DNA of 58,715 nucleotides, filler included, from Ionaspis alba (lineage: Eukaryota), in assembly GCA_964255285.1 (NCBI GenBank). It is 6 parts of 6 records of this genome, joined end to end, with 100 filler letters (N's around TTAATTAATTAA, not from the genome) between each part and the next. Parts side by side here need not be neighbours in the genome. Positions count along the whole stretch, not along the records: positions 39,252 to 48,937 come from CAXUUL010000653.1; positions 49,038 to 58,715 come from CAXUUL010000654.1; 4 more parts are not named here. The stretch is one strand, 5' to 3'. Shown here one piece after another: positions 39,152-51,239 of the stretch. Both the position numbers and the translations under genes were made by a program. Positions within the stretch are counted from its first letter, which is position 1. Each line of letters begins with the position of its first letter. Under the pieces are notes generated by a model that saw nothing but the letters and a program-made list of their open reading frames with translations, searched no databases and was not told the origin of the DNA.

Positions 39152-39251
39152 NNNNNNNNNNNNNNNNNNNNNNNNNNNNNNNNNNNNNNNNNNNNTTAAT
39201 TAATTAANNNNNNNNNNNNNNNNNNNNNNNNNNNNNNNNNNNNNNNNNNNN
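39152..39251. other. Artificial contig linker
   Basis: N44-TTAATTAATTAA-N44. Confidence 0.97.
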
Positions 39252-39453
39252 ATTTGAGTTTTTATATTCGAGTTTTATAAGTTTTAATATATTGATCTTT
39301 GTTGTCGAAGCGTGGCAGCGGCGTTTGTCGATCGAGATCATACATTGGCAACATGGATGAGATTCCCCAACAGTGCCAGCTACGGTTTAGCAGCGCCGTG
39401 AAGACAAGGCTTATACCTGATATATTTCCAACTTGCAATCTAGCTATAAAATA

Positions 39454-39831
39454 GGGAGGTTCTGCAGCGTCCGTAAAATTAAATTCCTTATCTAATTAAA
39501 CCGTAGATAATAGTTAAAAAGCCTAATCGGGCGTAATCTAACGTATTTTTTCTGGGTAAAAAATCGGATTTTTTATTTAATCGAGCGATTTTAAATAATT
39601 TCGTGATTTAATTAAACGATAAATTATAATTAAAATATAAATTATCGCGATTTTATCGTGAATCTATTTCAAATTATTATATATCTCTTAAATCAACGTT
39701 ATAACGGTTTAATTTTTCAATAATTGTCAAGATCAAATTATATAATATATCTAATATAACGTTGTATTTTATCTGTATTTATAGATTGGATAAAGGAAGA
39801 ATTTAAGCTAACCGACGCTGCAGAACCTCCC
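39454..39831. mobile_element. MITE-like non-autonomous DNA transposon (378 bp) with TA target-site duplication
   Basis: Perfect 18-bp TIRs GGGAGGTTCTGCAGCGTC (39454-39471) and GACGCTGCAGAACCTCCC (39814-39831), imperfect extension inward, TA on both flanks, very AT-rich non-coding interior. Confidence 0.85.
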
Positions 39832-40366
39832 TAATATTACACTATAGCGCGGCAATACCAGCAAATTCTTTTGGGAAAAATTATTTTTATAAACTGACAA
39901 ATTCCATAATAATCTAACGTTATCGAGTTTATATTATAAAATATAATATCAGTTTACCGTTTTTTATTTTATTTTTAGTTTCTATTGTCAATTGTAGCGG
40001 GCGCATTGTGTTCATAAAAAAAGATAAAATTTGGCAGCTACTGTTGAACAGGATTTGAGATGTTCCAGGTCTAGCCACACATAAAGCAGAATTCTCTTGG
40101 TTCGCAGACATTTAATCTGGAACAATGGAGTATCTCTACCTCAATCAATACAATCAATTGTACATCGCCAATACACTGCTACCTAACAGCCATATACTTC
40201 GGCGAGAGCTCTATGTAGTGGTTTCAGGTCCAATGACCTCTATAGCTACAGCTCTGTGAGCTACTGTATCACACATCAACCCATGCAGCACCCCCTTCGG
40301 CACCTCCTACAGTGCCTCTCCGCCCCTGTCAAAAGACTCATAATTGAAACGCTTCTGCTGGGCACT

Positions 40367-42130
40367 CTACTGTTTTCGCGGAGTAAACACTAGCTTCTGA
40401 CTTCGGTCTGCCATCACCAGGCCACCCTTGTGGATATTCTTCGGTCGTTCTGTCTGCCCTGGGGGGTAAGAAACATCATAATTGATAAGAATATTGGCAA
40501 GAACCATCTTGATTTGAGACGCTGCAAAGAAGCGACCAGGACACGCGGTTTTACCTTGTCCAAACGCAAGACTTTCTGGCCCAGTTGTAGCAAACTGGTG
40601 ACGGTGCGCCTCGGTCTTGGCCGATATTCTCTTGTTGTAGAAGCGGAGGCCGTCAAATTGATGAGGATTCTCATAAATATCGGGATCATGGGCTACAGAG
40701 TCGCTTGGCATAGTGATGTAGGTGCCGGCAGGGAGTGTGGCGCCATCAGTAAACTTGATGGGCTTTGCAACCCTACGGTTGAAAGTCACTATTGACCCAA
40801 GTTAGAACCCCAAGTGTCCGGGCATGTAAGTGATGCGTGGCAGAGTTACTCACTAAGTACGGTCTGATTCATCCGCTGTGACTCTTTCATGAAGCTATCA
40901 AGCTTCTTCAAGCTGTTGATGGCAGCCAGTGTAAAACCTTGTTCTCCAATGACCCTCTCGGCCTCTTCCTGAAGGCCCCGCATGTACTGAGGCGCGGCGC
41001 AGAGGTCAAAGAGCACATGAACAAGGGTTGCTGAGCTTGTATGCACTGCCGCCAAGGACATGAACAGCATGTTGTGGCACAGGACATTGGCATTCCTGTC
41101 AGATCCACGTGCTGACTCTGTCATCCACTGTATCATGTTAATGGGCTTCTCTTGGCTCTTATCCTTGACAGACGATGCCAAGGTGAGTTGGTGGTTGAAT
41201 TCATCTTTAAAGACTCTCTTGGCCACCTGCAGATGACGGGCAAGTATTTTGGTTCCGTCCAACCAGGGAGCAATGAAGGGCCGCATGAAAGGCGGGTAGG
41301 GACGTAATTGCATGGCCACGGTGACTACGTCCATCGAGTAGTGAGCTGCCGTTTCAAGCCATTCCAAATCCCGGCTGACCCTCGTCCCTCCAAGCATTCT
41401 GGATGCAGTTCCGGCTATGATTCGTACCATAGTCTCATATGCTTTGACTTCCGTTTTCCCGCCAATGCGTTGTGATAGCCAGTAACTGGCTTCTTCGTTG
41501 AGTGGACTGATCAGAGCATCTTCCAAAGAGTCAGTCATGCTTTAGAAAGTCTGGATATGAAAGATTGAGTCATTACGGAGGTTGCGGGTTAACTGGTCTT
41601 TGCAAACTTCGATGTGCATCGGGCTCCGAAAAACTACATCAAGATTTGTTTGAGAAGCCATCAATCTCTTTTCGCATAGTTCAGCAAACACGCTCAGACC
41701 CAGACACAATTTAGACAGCTTACCTCCCGTAGTCCGTCGACCATGTCCAGGGATCCATCTGGGACAGTTCTGTTGATTTCCTCGATGTATTTTGGGCTTA
41801 AGACAACTCGCGGCACATTCAATGTTTGAACCAAGAACATGCCGTTTTTATACTGGAGATAGAGCATCAGTACAGCTCGCTCAGCCATAAATGGATTCTT
41901 TTTACCTTGTTGTAGCCTTCATTGATTATCTTAGGCCCGTTCTTGAGAAAGTCGCGTTTTGCTCCAACTAGGCTCAGCCCAAACCATCCTGGACCCTTTC
42001 CAGCTCGCGGAATCCGATCCAGGTTTGGGCCTGCGAGAAAACGATAATACCCCAAAAGGAAAATCACCAATGCGAGTCCGAATGCCCCAAGTGTTTGAGT
42101 CGCATTGTCGCGCTCAAGATAATCGTTCAT
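40367..42130 (-). CDS. Cytochrome P450 of the terpene-modifying (ent-kaurene-oxidase-like) type, 5 exons, about 510 aa
   Basis: N-terminal TM; I-helix SLAAVHTSS; LKKLDSFMKESQR (ExxR); FDGLRF; heme motif FGQGKTACPGRFFA. Exons 42130-41906, 41852-41724, 41667-41577, 41519-40854, 40788-40367 total 1533 nt in frame. Confidence 0.95.
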
Positions 42131-42538
42131 TTTGGCTATTGTGCTTGCTGTCGTCGACAAAAGTGATCCGCGTTGTCCACTTTTTGGGGGATGTCTGCAT
42201 GTGAAACTGATCTGTATTGATTGTGAGGTGTTTTCCCAATTGCTGAACGACTCGGAACATGTATGATAGTTATGTGCGGTCCGACAATAATCGGATATCT
42301 AATTGAGGCGCCCCGGCCTGGCCGATTGCCAAGGTGCGTAATCTTTCCCTGCACCGACCATGCCTTTTTGGGCCGTCCGATGATCATCGGCAACTCGGTA
42401 ATACTGTATAAACCCTCCCAAGGTGGATTTCTTTATTCGAACCGATGTGAATGTCATAGTCTTCGATATATCAATACTTAATTTCACCATCATCGATTCT
42501 GAAAGGCATATTTCGAACCACGGCTCATTTTGTCTATC
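42131..42538. promoter_or_regulatory. Bidirectional promoter with two CCGA-N6-TCGG palindromes (42281-42294, 42377-42390) and a TATA box (42407-42412)
   Basis: CCGACAATAATCGG and CCGATGATCATCGG read directly; TATAAA lies about 125 bp upstream of the synthase ATG. Confidence 0.7.
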
Positions 42539-45500
42539 ATGGAAGTCGTCAACCTTGCAGACAACGCCAGGGCGTTGCTCCGAAGAACCTTGTCACATTA
42601 TGACGAGCAGTATGGGCTAGGCGCAATGAGCTGTGCTGCATATGATACAGCCTGGGTATCTTTAGTCACCAAGACTATCGATGGAAGCAAGCAATGGCTT
42701 TTCCCCGAGTGTTTCCAACATCTCTTGGCCACACAATCAGACGAGGGTGGTTGGGCGATTGACTCGGGAGCCCAAATCGATGGAATCCTGAACACAGCAG
42801 GTCCTCTGCTGGCTCTCAAGCGCTATGCTGCAGAGCCTCTCCAGCTTCAGCACAATGCTCAAGAGATTGCCGGCCGTATCGGGAAGGCGACACTCTCATT
42901 ACGATCCCAGCTGGCTGCTTGGGACGTATCCACAACCAACCACGTCGGCTTTGAAATCATTGTGCCGGCCATGCTTAGTCTTCTGGAGAAGGAAGACTCA
43001 TCACTAGTCTTCGAGTTTGAAGCCAAGGCGGCTTTACTGAAGATACATGGCGCGAAAATGTCACGCTTTCGACCAGAGGCACTGTACGGGCCAAAGCGAT
43101 TGACGGCACTCCACTCGTTGGAATCTTTCATCGGCGACATCGATTTTGATAAAGTCAAACATCATACAGTGCGAGGCTCTATGATGGGATCGCCCTCATC
43201 GACCGCAGCATATTTGTTGCATGCTTCGCACTGGGACGATGAATCCGAGGCTTATCTTCGACATGTGATTCAATTCGCTGCTGGCCAGAATAGCGGCGGT
43301 GTTCCAAGTGCTTTTCCTTCCACGCATTTCGAATGTGTTTGGGTGAATATCGCTCAGGGGCGATTATCATGACCAGAAATCTGACTTGTCGTGCTGCAGA
43401 TTTTGTCAACGTTGCTCAGAGCGGGCTTTACACCATCTGATTTGGAGGGTGTAGAGTTAACAAAGATGACAGAGATACTGGGCAATTCATTTCGTAAAGA
43501 AAACGGTGTTCTCGGGTTTGGTATGGCCATTTCATCAACAGGCATCCTTCTCAATACTTCAACTGATACCCATCACAGCCCCCAGCTTCGAAGCTGACGT
43601 GGATGACACTGCGAAGGCCATCAGTTGTTTGAACGTACTCGGCCGACCTGTCAGCCCAGAGAGTATGATCCAAACATTCGAAGCAGATACTCACTTTCGC
43701 ACTTATGCAGGCGAGAGAGATCCCAGCTGTACTGCAAACTCCAATGCACTACTGGCGCTTCTGCATCAGCCTGACGTGTCCCTATATTCTAACCAGATCC
43801 TGAAGATCACCAAGTTCCTTTGTGATTACTGGTGGACAAGCGATGGCAGGATTGAGGACAAATGGGTATGTTGTAGAATGTGTCGCAAGATACTCATTTA
43901 CGAACTGACTATGATCCATAGAACATCTGTCACCTCTATCCATCTGTCCTCCTAGTTGAGGCTTTGGTGGACTTGCTCTTCTTGATAGAGCAGAATAAGC
44001 TGCCTGGGGTGTTCAACGAGGATATACAGTCCCGAGTTGCCGTTGCGATTTTTCAGGCCTGTTTTCGAACTTTATTGGACCAACATGCAGATGGATCATG
44101 GAACCAATCTCTCGAGGAGACAGCCTACGCCGTCCTGATACTCACCGAGGCTCGACGGCTAGCTTTCTTTGATAGGCTCGAAGAACCCTTGAACGACGCT
44201 ATAGCTCGTGGTGTCGTCTTCATCAACTCCATCAGCGACCGGCCCCTGAACTACATCTGGATAGAGAAGGTCAGCTACGCGTCACCTCTCCTGACAGATG
44301 CGTACGTACTCGCAGCGCTGATGGCTGCCACCTCTCCACCTGGTCCTTTTGTTGGACGTAGCCTCTGGCCCGAAGGATATATGACGCATCTGGACAAATA
44401 TGTCAAAAATTTCCATGAGACTCCCCTCTTCCACTCGCTCCCTTATTGGGAGATGGAGGGTTCGATGATCGAGTCCGCCCTATTCCTTCCACTCCTGAGA
44501 GCACAGAGACTAGTTGTGTTCCCATTCGACGATGCAGAGGACATCAAGTACTTCGATATGTTGCCAATGTTCTGGACAAGTACGAATAATCGTCAGCGTA
44601 CCTACGCGCCTACCACGTTCTTGTACGAATTGGCTTTACTTTCCCTCTTGGTCTTCCAGATTGACGAGTTCATGGAAGATGTGGCGGCATCCTTATTCGT
44701 TGGTCAATATGATACCCTCCGACAACTCATAGAAAATCTCTTCGTCCAGGAAGACCACGCAAAGATCAATGGGTCTGCAAAGATCAATGGGTCTGGGAAG
44801 ATCAATAGCTCTGAAGGTCTGCAATTCGTCGACCCGACCAAGCGTAGTAAACTTCTCGGTAGCTCCGAGAAAGTAACCTACGAGGAAGTCGTTCACTACC
44901 TAAAAAAGTTCATCAACTACCTTGAAGATCACCCCTCAGTTCGGAACGCGAGTGCTTGGGACAAGGACATGCTGCATCGAGAATTGCGAGTCGCCCTCCT
45001 GGCTCACACACAACAAGCAGATGATAGCTCTCGCTATAACGATGAGCGAGGATCAGAGGGTCAAGTGCGAAAACCTACATCGTCCGATACGTTCTTCACC
45101 TGGGTTCGGACCACGTCTGCAGACCATGTAGGTTCCACTTACGCCTTCTACTTCGTAAGCTGCATCCTTGGTGCTTCACATACGCCTGGAGGCGGTGGTG
45201 AGGACTGCTTTCCTTCCGGGCAGGAGAAGTACCTCGCGAATGCCGTAATGCGGCACATGGCTACCATGTGCCGCATGTACAACGATCTGGCATCTGCGGA
45301 AAGAGACAACGCCGAGGGCAGTTTAAACTGCGTTGATTTCCCCGAGTTTGACCAGGAGGGGTCATTGGCTGCCAGGAAGAAGGCAGTGTTTGAGGTTCTG
45401 AATTTCGAAACCAATGGCTTCACTAATGCGTTTGCGAGGCTTCGTCAGGCGGCAAGGGATGCTGCAGTCAAGAGAAACGACAGGGAAGCAGTGAGACTCG

Positions 45501-45604
45501 CTGACCGACGATTGGATATCATCGAATTCTTCGCAGACCAGATGGACCTCTATGGTCAAGTGTGGTGCAATGCGGATAGATCACGGCCACTACCTGGGGT
45601 GTGA
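42539..45604 (+). CDS. Bifunctional class II/class I diterpene synthase (fungal CPS/KS-like), 4 exons, about 964 aa
   Basis: [18 protein letters not shown] and QHADGSW QW-like motifs, class II DxDD (ADVDDTAK), class I DEFMED and NSE/DTE-type [15 protein letters not shown]. Exons 42539-43342, 43400-43520, 43579-43865, 43922-45604 total 2895 nt in frame. Confidence 0.96.
44762..44814 (+). repeat. In-frame 18-bp tandem repeat x3 ([18 protein letters not shown]) in the diterpene synthase
   Basis: aagatcaatgggtctgca / aagatcaatgggtctggg / aagatcaatagctctga. Confidence 0.85.
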
Positions 45605-46227
45605 GCTCATCTGTAGCGCATTATACTGAGGTTTTAGGGAAGTGTACACCCAATCTAGTATAGAGGTCAATATTCCCATACATTTTGACATTCGTGAATA
45701 GAGTGATTTTATTTGACCGTATCACATACTCCGCATGGTCCATAAGCTTCCGCCCGTACCCCCGACATTGAGCTCATCAGGCTGTTGACTTTGACCGACT
45801 CTTCGGTACTCTTCCCTGGTTGCCCCCGCAAGGCATACACATGCGAGTCGGCTATGACCTGCAGATATCCATGTTGGGCGACTTACCCCTCAGCGTTCCG
45901 AGACAGTTTTGCTACCTTCTCCAGAGACCAAATTCCAAACTTTGAAGCCACCTAGATCGAGATGAAAATCTTGGGCGCGCAAACTCAAGGCCAGGTTAAA
46001 CCACTTGTCAAGTGCCGGTGATCCCAAAGATGATCAAGGCCCTGGAAGCCCTGCAACATCGTCAAGACGAGGAAGGGCGTGATCCCCATCCCAAGGTGGG
46101 CTGCGACGTATACATTATGGAATCCCGTCATGCCGATAGTGTCACCGAGGATGCCTGACGGAGCAATCGAATCCCAGCCATTCTTGCTTGTATCTTCGAA
46201 CTGGCACTTGGTCTCCCCACAGGCGCT

Positions 46228-47021
46228 TTAGGGGCTCGTTCCACGATGCCTGGACAGCCAGTACTGGGCGGACAGTCCATCCAGGAGGTGAAGTGCTGGA
46301 TACCTTCTGTGGGCAAGATTAAGGAAGTCTCTAAGCACGGGAGGGCAGCGCTGCCCAACGATGCGGTAAACGGACAAGACCATCCGTCCCAGAACAGCTC
46401 GTTTATTCTTCAGCCGTATGCCATTCAGAATGCTGCCAAAATGCCACAAGTAGGCGCCGCAGGCTGGCACAGAAACTTCGTCCAGGGCGCCGGGCAGGAG
46501 TTCATGGAAAGAAAGTAGGGCGGCAATGCTGAGGATGGCTTGTTCCGAGAACTGAATGACTCGCAACCCGGCTATCGATTGTCGGTACCACTCACTGCCA
46601 TCCGTCGAAGCCTTCCAGCTCCGTAGGGCTTGGTCGACAAATCGTGTATTTGTACTGTGGCATAGGAGGATCCGGATACAGTTCTCAGAGTTCTGGAGCG
46701 AAGGCACCTCGATGAAGATTCTGGCCCTATATTTTGTCAGCAGGGATTCTCGGCGACTGACGTGTGGGCTTACGCAATGGGGATGAAGCTTTGTATCGTT
46801 TCGAACTTCAGATTGTGCGCCCTGTCGGTGGGTATATTCACCATGTCAGGCGCCGCAACGGGGATGAACAGCCGGATATGCCTTATTATGTCGACCGGCT
46901 TGACATCGCCAGCAAGCCGAGTTTGAGAAAGAGCTTTCTCCATTCTTTGCGCATCGAAGTCTCCGAATTGTTGCTGCCTCCGTGACGCCAAAGAGATGAC
47001 CAAGCCTTGCAAAGCTCTCAT
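46228..47021 (-). CDS. Hypothetical two-exon protein (intron 46773-46727); 5' end uncertain
   Basis: Two ORFs join in frame across a consensus intron (GTAAGC..GCTGAC..TAG); no recognised family. Confidence 0.5.
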
Positions 47022-47470
47022 TTACTGAAAACCGCCCGCTGAACCGTCCGCGGAGCTGACGCGGTGTTTTGCCTTTCTTGATGCGAGAGGAGTTGAAGAG
47101 GCCGTGAAACAGCAACAGATCGTGAATCTCTGCTTCTAGGTCTATTGCTGACAGAACCCCCAACGCAAGGTCCTCCTTCTGCCGGCAGAGATCCTCGAGG
47201 CGCTGGATCTACCAACCCAGGCCAGCCCTAACAGGCTGCCATGCAAGGGCATTGTCAACGTCACCGATTAAGTTAAGGCCAAGTAATCAATAGTCCCAGA
47301 AGAATTCGGCAAGTATGTGATCGTCGGAGGCCTGANNNNNNNNNNNNNNNNNNNNNNNNNNNNNNNNNNNNNNNNNNNNNNNNNNNNNNNNNNNNNNNNN
47401 NNNNNNNNNNNNNNNNNNNNNNNNNNNNNNNNNNNACCCACTCAATCAGCATCAACAACTTTGGGCGGAG

Positions 47471-48362
47471 TCAGTAGTCGCGGTAGTATTCCTCGAGGCC
47501 CGTGCTAGTGTCTGATAGGAGTCCCATGCGAGCATTCCGGATAAATCGACCGACAGCCTTCTGTCTTGCGGCCAAAGGGCCGTACTTTCGAATCTCCTCC
47601 TCGCTTGGCAAGGACACATCATATCGAGGATCTTTGTCCGGGAATAATGCCAACCCTAAGAGTCCATAAGCTCTAGTAGATTGTCGAGTCCATAAAGAGA
47701 TTTTCCAAAAGAGAGGATCCTAGCCCCTTGCCAGTCGACAAGTCCCATGCGGCCGTCATCATCCATGAGGATGTTCGTTTCGGAAAGATCGTCATGAGCC
47801 AGCACGGATGGGTACGATGGTACGAAAAGCATCCAGAGCTTGGATTGTACTTTGTCTAGGACTTTAGAAAACCGATGGGGCAATGACTCGCGAAGAAGTA
47901 CCAGATCCTCTGTGTATTCCCGTTGAACTTCCTCGATATCATGCGGTGGCTGTCGATGAGTCCAAGATTCAGCCGAATACCTGAGAAGTAAGCGCCAAGC
48001 TTAAGGTGGTGTAGATGTCTTAACGTACTTAGCTAGGTCCACTACCGTCGTTTGGCGGTCAACGCTTTGAGCCCTTATAATGGCAATCCCTCTCATGTGT
48101 TCCATCTCATAGACCGACAATGGCGATGAGGACCCGATCGTTCCGTGCTCCCTGTAAGACAGTACGATTCGTGGATGAATCTGCACGGCAAGCCTCGTGG
48201 TCTCTATATCTATTTGGATGTTCCTGCTCGAAATTGGAGGATTTTGCAGTTGTTACGGTTACTGGCGGTGATAGTATAACTAAACTGGGCCGGGATAGGA
48301 ACTGGGTCAACAAGCGGCCCAACAAGACGCTGAGCAAGCTCGTCGAATTCTTGTCGCAGCAT
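47471..48362 (-). pseudogene. Degraded APH/choline-kinase-like phosphotransferase
   Basis: VPIPAQFSYT..ILQFR then a frameshift near 48210; VLAHDDLSETNIL..GLVDW (Brenner-type motif); in-frame TAG at 47656-47658 before GWHY. Confidence 0.75.
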
Positions 48363-48937
48363 GTTTGTATGGTCGCTGAAGAAAGTCTCGATACATCTGT
48401 CTAGAGAATATATAACATATTGGGTGCCATCGTATAGAAGCGGAGCGAATAATAGGGAGTGTGTTGTGTTCCGTGCGAGTGCGGATTCAGGCCCAGTGTT
48501 CCGATTTTCTCATCGTGTCATCCAACCAAAATCCTCGGCTAATGTCTAGGCTACCCCGCCTTTCGACATCACCCTGCATCAGCCGACATTCACCCGTCAC
48601 TCAGCCGTGTCGCGCGACAAATACCCGGCTCACGAGAGGTTAGGGCGGCGCTCACCCCAATCCCAAAGGGAATGGAGGACGACGTAGATTTCTGTCCCCT
48701 TAGCATTGGCAATAACGCGCCTCGAGATCGGCAACAGGGGGGGTGGCAATACAAACAAAGCAGATCGGCAATTCTGAGCTGCACGGTACATTACTGAACT
48801 GCTTTCTGAGCTTCTCAAGCCATTGCGCGAGCCTCCTACTTGGATGGACTTCCTTAAGTCTGCTGTTGCTTCTGCAATTTCAAAAGGCCCTCCATTTCCG
48901 TATTCCTTTGGCGACAAAATCGACTTGGAAGAGTCCA

Positions 48938-49037
48938 NNNNNNNNNNNNNNNNNNNNNNNNNNNNNNNNNNNNNNNNNNNNTTAATTAATTAANNNNNNN
49001 NNNNNNNNNNNNNNNNNNNNNNNNNNNNNNNNNNNNN
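48938..49037. other. Artificial contig linker
   Basis: N44-TTAATTAATTAA-N44. Confidence 0.97.
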
Positions 49038-50371
49038 GCCTCCTCAACATCAAAACCAATCAACCCCCTCACATCCACCTCCCTCCCCCTCAAACCCTTG
49101 ACCTCCCAAAACACCCCCTTCGACTCCAACCTCCCTCCACTCACAAACGCCTCGCAAGCCTCTCCCCAATTCCGAAAACACATCTTCGCCTGCGGCGACC
49201 TAGCAAAAAGCAACGGAAACAAATGCGGCATTGCTTCATACTCCTCCCACCACACACAAACACCCTGCTTAGCAGCCGTCTGCGCAACAATCTTCGCCGA
49301 GTCAACGAACTGTTCCTGACCGCAAGCAAACCACATCGGTGGGGCTCCGGTCCAGTCCGTGGTCGCGGAAGGACTGACGAGGGGATGATAGAGCATGGAG
49401 GAATCGCAGTAGATGTGGCCTCGGGGTGGGGACGATGGCCAGATATCATCGGCCTGGAAGTCAGGCTTGAGAATTGGTGTCTCGCTTGGGAAGATGTCGG
49501 TGATTGCATTGGTGGTCCAGGAGGGGAGAGAGAGGGTTTGGTCTAGGGCTGCGCTGATGGCTGTTAGGCCGGCGGGGAGAGCTAGAGGGACGTTGCGGCC
49601 GTGGAAACGAATGGTTGAGGTGGAACGAGGGTGGAGGCGGTGCGCTTTGAGGAGGACTTGGAGGAGGGAAAGACCGATGCTGCTTCCGATGCTGTCGCCG
49701 GCTATGATGATTGAGGAGGGGGAGACCGCCGAGTGGTAGGAGCCCGGGGGAGGGGAAAGGAGGGAGAGGTAGGCGATGAACACGTCCAGCAAAGCGGCTG
49801 GGAAGGGGTGCTGAGGAGCAAGGCGGTAGCGGACTGAGAGACATCGGCCTTTGGTGAGCTGGGCTAGTTTTGCTACTGTTTGGCGGCTAGTTGCTGGGCC
49901 GTTGAGGCTGCGGCGGATGACCAAGGTCAGCGTCCCAAACTTATTGAACGGATGTTGCAGGGCATACTAGAAGGCTCCACCGTGTATATAGAGGATCGTG
50001 AGAGGGTTCGAGGTTTCCCTCATCAAGGCATCATATTTCTCTGCTTCGGAGATCAATAGTTCTTTCGCTTCCGGGCCAACACCTGGCCTATAGCCCGTCC
50101 ATTCAGCAGCCACAGCTACTTGCTCAGGGACCGTATAAGTTTGACCAGTGTCTCCAAGCCTCTCAATGACTTTCAGCAAAATCTGGCGAGCATCATCTTC
50201 ATGAGGACCCCGGAAAGACACTCGACTGACCCACATCGGTCCTTTGGCTCCGGGGTCTTTCAACGTCAATGTCTGCCGCTCAGATACTGTCTGCATCTCA
50301 GATCTGGTTGTTATGGAAGCTCTCACTTCCTTAATAGCTCTCTTGATCGAGGCTGGCGAGGTGAAATCCAT
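49038..50371 (-). CDS. HSL-family lipase/esterase, 3'-truncated at the contig end; 5' end uncertain
   Basis: ILYIHGGAF, YRLAPQHPFPAALLD, GDSIG nucleophile motif, EAMPHLF; one intron after HGGAF. Confidence 0.9.
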
Positions 50372-51239
50372 GCTTGATATCAAGAATCACAAGCCAGAAA
50401 GTTTTGAACAGAACTGATCTTTGATTCTCAGGCTTTAAACCTTTGATTATCGATGTGATGCTATGAAAAGAAAGCTCAAGTCACTCAATTTCCTCGTCTT
50501 TTTTTCTGCAACGCCTCAAAGTTTGACACATGCTGAGGTCGCATAATTGAACATCGGCTATTCTTAGGATTGCCTGATATAGAAGGAGCCATTTCTAACA
50601 AGGACATCTTCTTCTCNNNNNNNNNNNNNNNNNNNNNNNNNNNNNNNNNNNNNNNNNNNNNNNNNNNNNNNNNNNNNNNNNNNNNNNNNNNNNNNNNNNN
50701 NNNNNNNNNNNNNNNNCCAGCAGTCCCTATACATCTTACGACATAGGTGAAGTTTTGTAAAATCAAGCAGTTGTCCGCTAGTCACATTTCATACAGTACT
50801 CAGGCAAACTAAAACAAAGCCGGAGATTGTCTGTGCTGGAAGGGAATGGTTAGCTTACCGTATTTGATCGCATTTCAGGAGTCAGATGTTCCACATGACA
50901 AAAGTGCTAAGAATCAAGGCGGAGAGTTATCGGCTTGCAATATGATTCCACTCCCTCCTTTTACCTTTATTGACGTCTAGCATCTTAAGAAAGGTTAATC
51001 GTTAATTGCAATGGAGGAAATTAGACCCTAGACATTCAATCAAAGATAAGCGATCAATGCTAAGATCGCAACTATGCCCTAGCTCCCGTGCAACAGCAAG
51101 TAAGCCCCAAAAGCCAACCCGTTGATATCATCCCTCATCATCCCTCGTAATTCATGTCCAACTCATAAACAAGCCTATGTGCGAGCGGTCGTAGCTCAAT
51201 AAATCATCAGATCATCCACCCATTCATCGCATTATCAAA

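Noticed and set aside
48550..48937. ORF fragments at the end of segment 5
   Set aside because: Interrupted by stops and the contig end; no recognisable motif.
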